64,000 nt of DNA from the NCBI GenBank assembly GCA_964624795.1, contig CAZUZS010000001.1, forward strand, positions 57,260 to 121,259, in the 5' to 3' direction. This document shows, piece after piece, positions 52,503 to 61,775 of the stretch. How positions within the stretch are numbered: the stretch's first letter is position 1; every line of letters begins with the position of its first letter. The position numbers were made by a program, and so were the translations under genes. The stretch comes from an uncultured Calditrichaceae bacterium (GTDB taxonomy: Bacteria; Calditrichota; Calditrichia; RBG-13-44-9). The notes beneath the pieces were generated by a model. That model was given only the letters and a program-made list of their open reading frames with translations, did no database searches and was not told where the DNA came from.

Positions 52503-52982
52503 TTAACATTATTTGTTTTCCAATCGAGCTTGTTCCCATATATTTTTTAATTCCACTCGCCGGACAGCAGCATGTTATTTTTTTCTTTTCGCCTCCCAAT
52601 CACAATTCCGATACCGTGGAAACATGAAACAACAAAATCTTACAAATTTAAATAACATCCTGGGTTTTGGCAAGCTATTTTATGGGAGGTGGGATTATGT
52701 GCTTTTTATCTCTTTTAAGATGCGCATATTCTGCCATCCCTGGTTGAAACGGTGCCGGTTTTATTATATTTTGATCTGCTTTGTGGAGATTATGTGTGAG
52801 ATGTTTTATTTTTTCGAATCAATTCGTTCCGGCTATTTTTCAGATCCACGCGATCTGTTGGAATGAAGGCCCCAGCTTCATGATTGTCGATGCGAATAGC
52901 AGAAAAAAATCGTGTCCGGCTTAGGCGAAAATCGCGCTTTTAATTTTGAACATACTATTAAATCAAGCAAGAAGGAGACGAA

Positions 52983-53492
52983 ATGGCTGAAACTACGAAA
53001 ATTTACACGCGTCAAATGCCGCATCCGGTGACACTTATTTCGGTATCGGATGGAAAAGAGGAAAACATTGCCACAATGTCATGGTGTTCACCGGTTTCCT
53101 TCGAGCCACCGCTGGTTATGGTGGCGATAAGGCCAAACCGCTTTACGCACGATATTCTCCTGCGAAGCGGCGAGTTTGGTCTTATGGTTCTTTCGGAAAT
53201 GCAAAAAGAAATGGCGACTCTCGCTGGAACTCTGACTGGCAGCAAAGCACAAAAGTGGGAACTTGAAACATTTCGACGATTTCGCAAGGAACCCCGCACC
53301 ATCAGGGCGGCCTTGCTCCGGGAATGCCGGGCGGTATATGAATGCAAATTAACAAATCATATGACTGCCGGCGATCATACCATATTTGTCGGAGAGATAA
53401 TCCATGGTGAAATAGATCCCGACCAGAAGCCACTTATTTTATTCGACCGCAAATATTTTGGCCTGGGCGATTTTATCGCTCGCTACCCCTGA
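52983..53492 (+). CDS. Flavin reductase-like domain protein
   Basis: 'MPHPVTLISVSDGKEENIATMSW' (FMN-binding split-barrel family). Confidence 0.7.
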   Translation: MAETTKIYTRQMPHPVTLISVSDGKEENIATMSWCSPVSFEPPLVMVAIRPNRFTHDILLRSGEFGLMVLSEMQKEMATLAGTLTGSKAQKWELETFRRFRKEPRTIRAALLRECRAVYECKLTNHMTAGDHTIFVGEIIHGEIDPDQKPLILFDRKYFGLGDFIARYP

Positions 53493-53833
53493 AAATTTGG
53501 CGCGAGAAACATATTTATTTCGGAATGACGGAGCAGTGGAAAATGCTCTCGACACCTCCCGCATTAATCCAGCGAACGGAGGACCGGGATTGAAGAGGCT
53601 CCTGTCTTCCGGAGCAAACCATAGCGCTTTCGCCCACCGCCGGGCCTGAGGCGAAAAACAGGCCGGTACCATTTTGGCCCGGCTTTGCCTCTAATTTTCA
53701 ACCTTTTCTGAGGCACCCTTTGTGCCCCGTCCCAAGCATCATAGGTCGCACGCTAACTGCGGGTAAATTCACTTGCTTACATTTGCGCGTTAACATATAT
53801 TGAACGCTAAAACAAACGGATTTAAAAGGTTAT

Positions 53834-55141
53834 ATGGGAATACTGTTAAAAAACGGATTGATTGTCTCTCAGAATAAGCAACGGGAAGTTTTCAACGCGG
53901 ACATATTGATTGAGGATGACATTATCCGGAAGATTGAAAAAAACATACCGGAAGAGAAGCATGAAGTATTTGACTTTTCCGGCAATGTGATAATACCGGG
54001 TTTTGTGCAGTCGCATGTTCACCTCTGCCAAACGCTGTTTCGTAACCTTGCCGATGACCTGGAGCTGCTGGACTGGCTGGAAAAACGAATCTGGCCGTAC
54101 GAGATGGCCCACTCCGGGGAATCGCTGAGTGCATCGGCGCAATTGGGGTTGGCAGAACTGATGTTAGGCGGCACTACCAGCATTTTGGATATGGGAAGCA
54201 GCCGCTTTCAGCATGTTATTTTTGAAGAAATGGTTCGCAGCGGCATTCGCGGCTTCAGCGGAAAAGTGATGATGGATACCGGCAGCCAGGCTTACAAGGA
54301 AACCACAGAGGAAGCGCTGCAATCCACCGAAGAGTTGATAACCGCCTGGCACCACAAGGAAAATGACAGGATCGGTTACGCACTGGCGCCACGCTTTGTC
54401 CCCTCATGCAGCCTGGAATTGTGGGAAGGCGTCCGGGCATTGGCCGGGAAATATGACTTGATCGTTCACACACACTCCTCCGAAAACCGGAAGGAATGGG
54501 AACTTGTTAAAGAAGCAACCGGTCGATCGAACGTGGAATTCTTTGACGAAATGGGACTTGCTTCGCCAAAATTATGCCTTGCGCATTGCATTTGGGTCTC
54601 GGAAGAAGAGATAAAAATGATAGCGAAAACCCGCGTTAATGTTTTGCACTGCCCCTCGGCCAATCTGAAATTAGGTTCCGGTATCGCGCCGGTTCCGCGT
54701 TTTATCGCAAACAAAATCAATGTCGGTCTGGGCTCGGACGGTGCCCCGTGCAACAATAACCTGGACATGTTTCAGGAGATGCGGCTGGCGGCGCTCATTC
54801 AGAAACCGGGCGCCGGCATAAAATCCACTTCCGCGCAAATGATTTTTGACATGGCGACACTGGGTGGCGCCAAGGCGCTTGGCATGGCGGACCGGATTGG
54901 CAGCCTGGAAACCGGGAAAAAAGCGGACCTGGTAGTTCTGGATCTGAATAAAGTTCACTCAATTCCTGCCGATAATATCTGCTCGCAGATCGTTTACTCG
55001 GCACGCGCAACGGATGTTAAACATGTCATGGTAGATGGAAAGTGGACAGTTTTTGATCGTGAGTTGAAAAATCTATCTTATGAGAATATTATCCGGAACA
55101 CCTGGAAGCATATCCAAAAAATATTTGAACGATTAAATTGA
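53834..55141 (+). CDS. Amidohydrolase of the MTA/SAH deaminase (MtaD)/guanine deaminase family
   Basis: 'IIPGFVQSHVHLCQT', metal-binding His/Asp pattern; about 435 aa. Confidence 0.7.
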   Translation: MGILLKNGLIVSQNKQREVFNADILIEDDIIRKIEKNIPEEKHEVFDFSGNVIIPGFVQSHVHLCQTLFRNLADDLELLDWLEKRIWPYEMAHSGESLSASAQLGLAELMLGGTTSILDMGSSRFQHVIFEEMVRSGIRGFSGKVMMDTGSQAYKETTEEALQSTEELITAWHHKENDRIGYALAPRFVPSCSLELWEGVRALAGKYDLIVHTHSSENRKEWELVKEATGRSNVEFFDEMGLASPKLCLAHCIWVSEEEIKMIAKTRVNVLHCPSANLKLGSGIAPVPRFIANKINVGLGSDGAPCNNNLDMFQEMRLAALIQKPGAGIKSTSAQMIFDMATLGGAKALGMADRIGSLETGKKADLVVLDLNKVHSIPADNICSQIVYSARATDVKHVMVDGKWTVFDRELKNLSYENIIRNTWKHIQKIFERLN

Positions 55142-55169
55142 CGGTACGTGATTTTGAAGGAGGACTTTT

Positions 55170-56012
55170 ATGGCCAGGGTTAGTATCACGTTTGGAATAC
55201 TGGTACTGCTGTTTATTTCATGCAGCCATCGCGAAGCGAATGTAAAATCAATGGAAGCATCTACCCCCACCGCGTTGCTGGAAAAAGGGAACCAACTCTA
55301 CCAGCAGGGGGATCTGCAGGGAGCGCTCCAAGACTACCAGCATATTTATAATACTTATCCCACCAGCAGGGAATATGTAGATGCCGTGATTGGCCTGAGC
55401 CGCTGTTACAACGACATGGGCGATTATGAAAAGGGAATGGACTTGCTTTATAACCTTATCAGGGAAAACATGGTGCCCAGTCGCGTTCCGGAAATTTACA
55501 ATGAAATGGCTAAATATTATGAAGTGAATGCCGGAATTTCATCCCTCTCAGGTTTATCAAATGAGGAAAACGACTACGAGAAAGCCATTGAATATTACCG
55601 AAAAGCTATCAACTACCCCAACAGCGACGACACCAACGCCAAAGCATACGCCCAGTACCGAATCGGGGAGCTTTATGTTACTCTTCTGAAATTTAAAGAT
55701 GCTACCCTGGCCTTTGAAGCAACCATCAACAGTTTCCCGGGAACCCAGTGGGCAACCCTGGCCCAGCAAAGGATAGATGAAATGCGCCAGGCAGTGAACA
55801 CCGTCCTGGGAGAAATGAAAACAGAGGAACCTGCCTCGGTGCAAAGCGCACCGGAAATGGCTTCGCCACCAAAACCCAGCACAACACCGATGCCCGCAGA
55901 CACAATGGTTACACCGAAGGCAGCGGCCCCCGACACCAGCACGCAGGTAGAGGAACAGAAACAGACCTCTCCGCCGGATACTTCTTCCAAACCCCAAATG
56001 GAGCTTAAGTAA
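55170..56012 (+). CDS. TPR-repeat lipoprotein with a Pro/Thr/Ser-rich C-terminal tail
   Basis: Signal 'LLFISCSH'; TPR-like repeats; low-complexity tail 'PPKPSTTPMPADTMVTPKAAAPDTS'. Confidence 0.5.
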   Translation: MARVSITFGILVLLFISCSHREANVKSMEASTPTALLEKGNQLYQQGDLQGALQDYQHIYNTYPTSREYVDAVIGLSRCYNDMGDYEKGMDLLYNLIRENMVPSRVPEIYNEMAKYYEVNAGISSLSGLSNEENDYEKAIEYYRKAINYPNSDDTNAKAYAQYRIGELYVTLLKFKDATLAFEATINSFPGTQWATLAQQRIDEMRQAVNTVLGEMKTEEPASVQSAPEMASPPKPSTTPMPADTMVTPKAAAPDTSTQVEEQKQTSPPDTSSKPQMELK

Positions 56013-56054
56013 GCCGCTGCCAGCAGGGTAGAACAACTTAGCCAAGAGGAATAA

Positions 56055-57083
56055 ATGGAACTCCCCTTCGAATTGCTGCTCCAACTGCCCAAGACAGATC
56101 TTCATGTACACCTTGACGGATCCCTGCGTGTTCCCACCCTTATCGATCTGGCCCGCAAGCAAAATGTCGAACTCCCGACCTTTAATGAGGCGGAACTCGA
56201 AAAAATTGTGATGAGCGGAAAGCATTGTCAAAATTTGGGCGAGTATCTCCAGGGATTCGATATTACGCTTTCCGTTATGCAGGAACCGGAAGCCTTATAT
56301 CGTATTGCGTACGAACTGGCCGAGGATGCGGCGGAGGAAAATGTGTGGTACATGGAAGTCCGCTATTCTCCCATCCTGCACATTCGGAAAGGTTTGAAAC
56401 TAACCACCATTGTAGATGCGGTTCTTGAAGGATTGCAGGAAGCGGAAAAGAAGTTCAATATTAAGACCGGCATAATCGTGTGCGGAATGCGAAATATAAA
56501 TCCCGAAACATCCTTGCGGCTGGCAGAGCTTTCTGTTGCCTACAAAAACAAGGGAGTCGTGGGATTTGACCTTGCCGGCCAGGAAGAAAATTATCCGGCA
56601 AAAGATCACAAAGATGCCTTTTTTATTATCAGGAAAAATAATATCAACACAACGGCGCACGCAGGTGAGGCATTTGGTCCGGACAGCATCCACCAAGCGT
56701 TGCACGATTGCGGTGCCCACCGGATAGGCCATGGCACTCGCCTGTACCAGGATGGCGACTTGCTCAACTACGTGAACGATCATCGCATCCCCATGGAAGT
56801 ATGCCTCACAAGCAATATTCAGACAGGAGCGGCAAGCTCCTACGAGACGCATCCGCTTCGTTTTTATTATGATTATGGGTTGCGGGTGACCATCAATACC
56901 GACAATCGCCTGGTTTCCGATACATCGGTTACCCGTGAACTCTACCTGGCTGCAAAGTACCTGAACTTGACACTGGACGACATCAAATCCATTGTGATGG
57001 ACGGATTTAAAAGCGCGTTCCTGCCCAACCGGGCAAAATCGATTATGCTGAATGTTGTGAACGATAAATTGAAGAAATTTTAA
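56055..57083 (+). CDS. add: Adenosine deaminase
   Basis: 'LPKTDLHVHLDGSL', 'AHAGE'. Confidence 0.85.
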   Translation: MELPFELLLQLPKTDLHVHLDGSLRVPTLIDLARKQNVELPTFNEAELEKIVMSGKHCQNLGEYLQGFDITLSVMQEPEALYRIAYELAEDAAEENVWYMEVRYSPILHIRKGLKLTTIVDAVLEGLQEAEKKFNIKTGIIVCGMRNINPETSLRLAELSVAYKNKGVVGFDLAGQEENYPAKDHKDAFFIIRKNNINTTAHAGEAFGPDSIHQALHDCGAHRIGHGTRLYQDGDLLNYVNDHRIPMEVCLTSNIQTGAASSYETHPLRFYYDYGLRVTINTDNRLVSDTSVTRELYLAAKYLNLTLDDIKSIVMDGFKSAFLPNRAKSIMLNVVNDKLKKF

Positions 57084-57177
57084 TCCCCCCCTCAAATCAT
57101 TTGCTTTACCATGCCGGATTTGTTATAATGACTACCATTTTAGTAATGGCGTGAACGAGATCATCGCGTAAAATTAT

Positions 57178-58317
57178 ATGTATATAAAATTTAACGCCGC
57201 AGAAAAGATGACCATTGGCGTAGAACTGGAGATTCAGACAATAAGCCCCAGGACGGGCGAGCTTGTTCCCGGTTCCGGCGTCATACTTTCACAATTGGCA
57301 GGCGAGGTAAGGTTCAAACCGGAACTGTTCAACTCCACGTTGGAAATCAACACCGAAATCTGCGAATCACTCCCCGAATTAGAATACAGCCTGAAAAAGA
57401 GCCTGGCTACCATTCACGAAATCGCCGCCTGGAACGATCTTGAAATACTTATTTCAGGGTGCCACCCTTTTTCCAACTGGCAGCAACAGCAAATTACCCA
57501 GCAGGAAAGATACCTCAATCTTTTGCATCGCATCCAGTGGCCGGTACGGCAGTTTCTCATTTTCGGTCTCCACATCCATGTGGGAATCGATAATGCCGAC
57601 AAGGTGATTTATGTAATGAACCGCCTCACCAGCTATATTCCGCACCTGATCGCCCTTTCAGCAAGTTCCCCTTTCTGGAACGGGTTCGATACCGGGCTGG
57701 CGACTTCACGAGTTAAGATATTTGAAGAACTCCCCAACGCCGGGTTGCCCTACTATTTTAAAAATTGGGAAAAATACAGCGAGCTGGTTTCCAGGTTGAT
57801 CAAGACCAACTCCATAGATACCGTGCGGGACATCTGGTGGGATATACGTCCGCACCCCATTTTCGGAACCGTGGAAGTGCGGGTTTGCGACGCAATGCCT
57901 ACTCTGAAAGAAAATATGGCGCTTTCAGCGATGGTCTTTTTATTAGCCGCGAAATTTGCCTCCGAATTTGAATCCGACGGTGACACCCCCATGATCGATC
58001 GCTGGATTTTGGAGGAGAACAAATGGCGGGCTGCCCGCTACGGTCTCAGCGGCAAAATAATCATGAACGATGCCGGTGAAACCCAGACACTCGGTGACGC
58101 CATCAGAAGGCTCCACACCGAACTCCTGGATTACGCCAGGACGGCTGGATTTACGGATATCGAACCGTACCTGAGCACGATTCCCGAGATATTAAAGCGA
58201 GGACCGAGTTACGCACGACAGCGGCACTGGGCCCGCCAAAAGCCGGGAGACTACAAGTTTATTGTCAACAATCTTCTCCGAGAAACCAGGGAAAATAAAT
58301 TGCTTAACGGCTTTTGA
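57178..58317 (+). CDS. YbdK-type carboxylate-amine ligase (glutamate-cysteine ligase family 2)
   Basis: 'TIGVELEIQTI...', 'FGLHIHVGI'. Confidence 0.8.
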   Translation: MYIKFNAAEKMTIGVELEIQTISPRTGELVPGSGVILSQLAGEVRFKPELFNSTLEINTEICESLPELEYSLKKSLATIHEIAAWNDLEILISGCHPFSNWQQQQITQQERYLNLLHRIQWPVRQFLIFGLHIHVGIDNADKVIYVMNRLTSYIPHLIALSASSPFWNGFDTGLATSRVKIFEELPNAGLPYYFKNWEKYSELVSRLIKTNSIDTVRDIWWDIRPHPIFGTVEVRVCDAMPTLKENMALSAMVFLLAAKFASEFESDGDTPMIDRWILEENKWRAARYGLSGKIIMNDAGETQTLGDAIRRLHTELLDYARTAGFTDIEPYLSTIPEILKRGPSYARQRHWARQKPGDYKFIVNNLLRETRENKLLNGF

Positions 58318-58521
58318 TTCCAGCGGGTTTCACCAGCCGGGAGACATTTCGAAACAACAATGCATTTTCTCCATTAAAAAATCCCCGCTTTCTGCAAACG
58401 AGGATTTTTGTTTTTATCAGAAAACTGACTGAAGGAGTCATTCACCGCACAAGGCCAAATTTGGGGCAACGCTGGAAAACCTGCATTTTATGGAAGATCT
58501 AATGCGGCAATACCCTTCCGG

Positions 58522-59148
58522 CTAAAATTTTACTTTTGGTGCCTCCTGGGCCTGTGTTGCCGCTTCAAAATAGGCTTTCCGGGTAAAGCCCGCTGATCCG
58601 GCTACAAAAGACTGGGGGAACATGCGGATATATTGATTGTAGGTTCTCACCTCCTCGTTAAACCGGCGCCGCTCCACTGCGATGCGATTTTCGGTGCCCT
58701 CCAACTGTGCCTGCAATGTCAGGAAATTCTGATTCGCTTTCAAATCGGGATACCGTTCAACTACTACCATCAGGCGCTGCAGCGCCGCTCCCAGCCCATC
58801 CTGCACCTGCTGGAAACGGGCGAACTGCTGGGGATCGTTGAGTATTTGTGGAGAAACATTGACCATTCCACCGACCTTGGCGCGCGCTTCGGTAACCGCT
58901 TCCAGAGTTTCCTTCTCATGGGATGCGTAGCCCTTTACGGTTTCCACAAGGTTCGGGATCAGGTCGTAGCGCCGCTGGTACTGGTTCTGCACCTGAGCCC
59001 AACTTGAATTCACATTTTCATCGAGCACAACCATTGTGTTTCGGACTTTGACATACCAGCCAAATATTGCAAGCACCAGAATGACTATTACCGCCAGAAT
59101 GCCAATTACTATCAATAATCCTTTTTTACCATTTGCCATATACCACAT
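58522..59148 (-). CDS. lemA: LemA family protein
   Basis: N-terminal TM segment then the LemA helical domain 'SWAQVQNQYQRRYDLIPNLVETVKGYASHEKETL'. Alternative start at 59139. Confidence 0.8.
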   Translation of the reverse strand: MWYMANGKKGLLIVIGILAVIVILVLAIFGWYVKVRNTMVVLDENVNSSWAQVQNQYQRRYDLIPNLVETVKGYASHEKETLEAVTEARAKVGGMVNVSPQILNDPQQFARFQQVQDGLGAALQRLMVVVERYPDLKANQNFLTLQAQLEGTENRIAVERRRFNEEVRTYNQYIRMFPQSFVAGSAGFTRKAYFEAATQAQEAPKVKF

Positions 59149-59317
59149 TCTCCCTGCGTTTTTCAGTTATCTGTAAAAGAATCTAAAAAATATTTGTTCC
59201 ATTTTCGAGAGCGAAACTGTTTGTTCCTCTATTATGTCCCGGTTGTATCCAAATTCAATTTTGCTGCCGATTGCACGAAGAATTATGCCTGTGTGGATTT
59301 ACACTTCGACATCAGAC

Positions 59318-59977
59318 CTATTCCGGTGCTGATCCTGGTGTGTCTTTTTCACTGAAGATCTCAGCGGAAAAAATGTAGATTTCGGCAGCGCTGTCCTTCC
59401 AGGCATCGCCCGGCAGGCCGGCCTTGAAACAGGTTTGCTTGAGGAATTCCTGCCGGTCCCAGCCCCATTCCGTTGCAACCTGCGGCAAAAGCAGTCCCCG
59501 CATCAGGCCGCGCCTAATGATGAGCCCGTGTCTTCCCACAACGATTTCCTCGATATTTTTAATTCGCTTCAATGGGGATAATACCGAGATTTCGATTTCG
59601 AGGTCTTTTACCTCGTCAAGCGTCACCGCCGGGAAGCGCGGATCGTTGAATGCCGCGGACCGGGCCATGTCCATAACTGCCTGGTACAATGGTTTGACGC
59701 CTTCCACATATCCAATGCAGCCACGTAACTGGCCTTTCTTGTGAAGTGTGACAAAAACTCCGAAATCTTCCTTAAGTTTCTGCGAGACAGGCTTAGTGGT
59801 CGGATAATCATCCTCTTCCAGAAAATGAATTATTGTGTTACGGGCCAACTGCAACAGGAAGGTTTTTTCCTTCAAATCAAGCCCTACAATGGTTTCATCC
59901 TTAACATCAATCATCGTAAAACCTCTCTGAGATAAGATGATAAAAAAAGTAACCATAAAAAAAGCATTTTTTAGCAT
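59318..59977 (-). CDS. AMMECR1 domain protein (AmmeMemoRadiSam system protein A-like)
   Basis: 'LRGCIGYVEGVKPL' (conserved Cys-Gly AMMECR1 motif). The listed start adds a hydrophobic extension; alternative start at 59914. Confidence 0.8.
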   Translation of the reverse strand: MLKNAFFMVTFFIILSQRGFTMIDVKDETIVGLDLKEKTFLLQLARNTIIHFLEEDDYPTTKPVSQKLKEDFGVFVTLHKKGQLRGCIGYVEGVKPLYQAVMDMARSAAFNDPRFPAVTLDEVKDLEIEISVLSPLKRIKNIEEIVVGRHGLIIRRGLMRGLLLPQVATEWGWDRQEFLKQTCFKAGLPGDAWKDSAAEIYIFSAEIFSEKDTPGSAPE

Positions 59978-60200
59978 ATTGCAATTCCAGTGCTTTTAAG
60001 ACAGTTTGTTTGAACTCGCCAACCGGCATCACCAGGATTTCCGAAAAACGAATCTTAACCAGTAATTCCAGAAATCAAGCCCCGGCTGCACAACATTTCT
60101 GCATCATCGCCGGGAGAAAATTCGCGAGCACTTCGGACGGCGCTCGGACAGTCAATTGGGAAGAGTCGACGGAACCGGCTTGTCCCGGAAAGTCAAATCA

Positions 60201-61031
60201 CTAATAAAGGATGGCGGACAGGTAACCGACGACATCATCCCTGTTCCCGGTAATATCGCCGGAATTTCGGTAAAGCAGAACCTTCGCTTCTTCCGCTCCC
60301 ATGTTGCGGGCTGCTTTCATGGCTGCTATCACCGGACCGTAGCCGCACATTTGCGTACGGCGGGCGTTTATATCTTCCCACAATTCATCTTCGTTAAATT
60401 TTTCGATATTTTCGCGGGCCACCTGGTCGAGCATTCGGGCCCGGTCATCCGGATGGAAATGAGAAAGATCGCTGCTGGCAACGATAAGAGATTCACCGGG
60501 AGGCAGCACTTTGGGAAGCGCCTCTCCCAGGATTTTCATCAACTCAAATTCCTGCCGACCAATAGAGATGGGAATCAATTTGAATTTATTTAAAGACCAT
60601 TGCAGAAACGGTAACTGAACTTCGAGGGAGTGTTCCTTCAGACCGTGTCCGGCTTCGGAAAATTGAATTCGGCTGTCGAAGGCCGTTAATTCCTGGGCCG
60701 CGCCCAGATCGATCTCAATTTCCCCCAGCGGTGTACGATAACCCGGCCCGTTATAGATGCTGGCAAAAGGGAATTCCTCATGGTGGCTTGGTGCCAGGAT
60801 CACCACCCGTCGGTATTTTGCTCCCAGAATTTGCCGGTAGGCGCGCGCTGCAACTCCACCGGAGTAAATGTACCCGGCGTGCGGCGCAATTATTGCCGCC
60901 ACAGGCCGGCTGCTTTCCACCACCGGAGCAGCTTCGAAAAAGAGGCTGAGTTCGCGCTCCAGGATCATCTTGTCGCCGGAATAAAACGTACCGGCCACAC
61001 CTGGGGGCCGAATATTAGTCGTAAGCGTCAT
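60201..61031 (-). CDS. MEMO1-family protein (AmmeMemoRadiSam system protein B-like)
   Basis: 'IRPPGVAGTFYSGD...AAIIAPHAGYIYSG'. Confidence 0.8.
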   Translation of the reverse strand: MTLTTNIRPPGVAGTFYSGDKMILERELSLFFEAAPVVESSRPVAAIIAPHAGYIYSGGVAARAYRQILGAKYRRVVILAPSHHEEFPFASIYNGPGYRTPLGEIEIDLGAAQELTAFDSRIQFSEAGHGLKEHSLEVQLPFLQWSLNKFKLIPISIGRQEFELMKILGEALPKVLPPGESLIVASSDLSHFHPDDRARMLDQVARENIEKFNEDELWEDINARRTQMCGYGPVIAAMKAARNMGAEEAKVLLYRNSGDITGNRDDVVGYLSAILY

Positions 61032-61244
61032 GTAAAATACCGTTCTTCATCGGTTGCACCTGACTAATATAACAAATAAAATAAATTTATGTAAGAAAAT
61101 TTGCGGGTGGGGCTAAATCGTGTGCAAAGGGAAGTGTCCGATCCTCCCGGTTCACGCCATTGTAATCCCGATCTCATCCCTGATTATCGATCTGTTAATC
61201 CAAATTATTTTTATATGCTTACGCCAGGCGCAATGCAGCTAATC

Positions 61245-61748
61245 TTACGCATTGGCTTCCGGCGATTCATCCCGGTCCGACATCCGGACTTCCTCGTAAT
61301 CCCGGTGAGCCAGGTACTCGCTTTCCAAATGATCAATATGTTGCATCTCCTGATCTACCAGCCAGTTAAACACCTTTCGCACCTGCTCATCTTCGGCCCG
61401 GTCGTGCTGCGCCTGGTAAAAATCCCGGCTGATTTTCTCATTTTCAATCGCCAGATGGATGAGTTCGCTGACGGAGCAATTATCTAACTCCATTTCCATC
61501 AGTTTCTCCCGCTCCGGCAAATCCACTTCGATTTCATCAGATAAGGGCAGCTCGTTTCCACCATATTTTATTTTTTCGTCTATTCTTTTCACATGATTAT
61601 GCTCTTCATCAATCAACTGCTGCAATATCTCCTTGGTTTTCGAATTCCTGACTTGTTTCAACATGTGCCGGTAGATGCGCACGGTGTCAAGCTCATTCTG
61701 TCTGGCCATCAGCAGCGCGTGCACCGCATCCGGGGAAATAGACTCCAT
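61245..61748 (-). CDS. Ferritin-like/rubrerythrin-type di-iron domain protein
   Basis: Paired ExxH motifs 'IDEEHNH' and 'DQEMQHIDH'. Confidence 0.5.
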   Translation of the reverse strand: MESISPDAVHALLMARQNELDTVRIYRHMLKQVRNSKTKEILQQLIDEEHNHVKRIDEKIKYGGNELPLSDEIEVDLPEREKLMEMELDNCSVSELIHLAIENEKISRDFYQAQHDRAEDEQVRKVFNWLVDQEMQHIDHLESEYLAHRDYEEVRMSDRDESPEANA

Positions 61749-61775
61749 GTTTTTATCCTTAATTTGAATTAAACA

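Noticed and set aside
56013-56054. Purine riboswitch upstream of add
   Set aside because: The gap is only 42 bp, too short for an aptamer.
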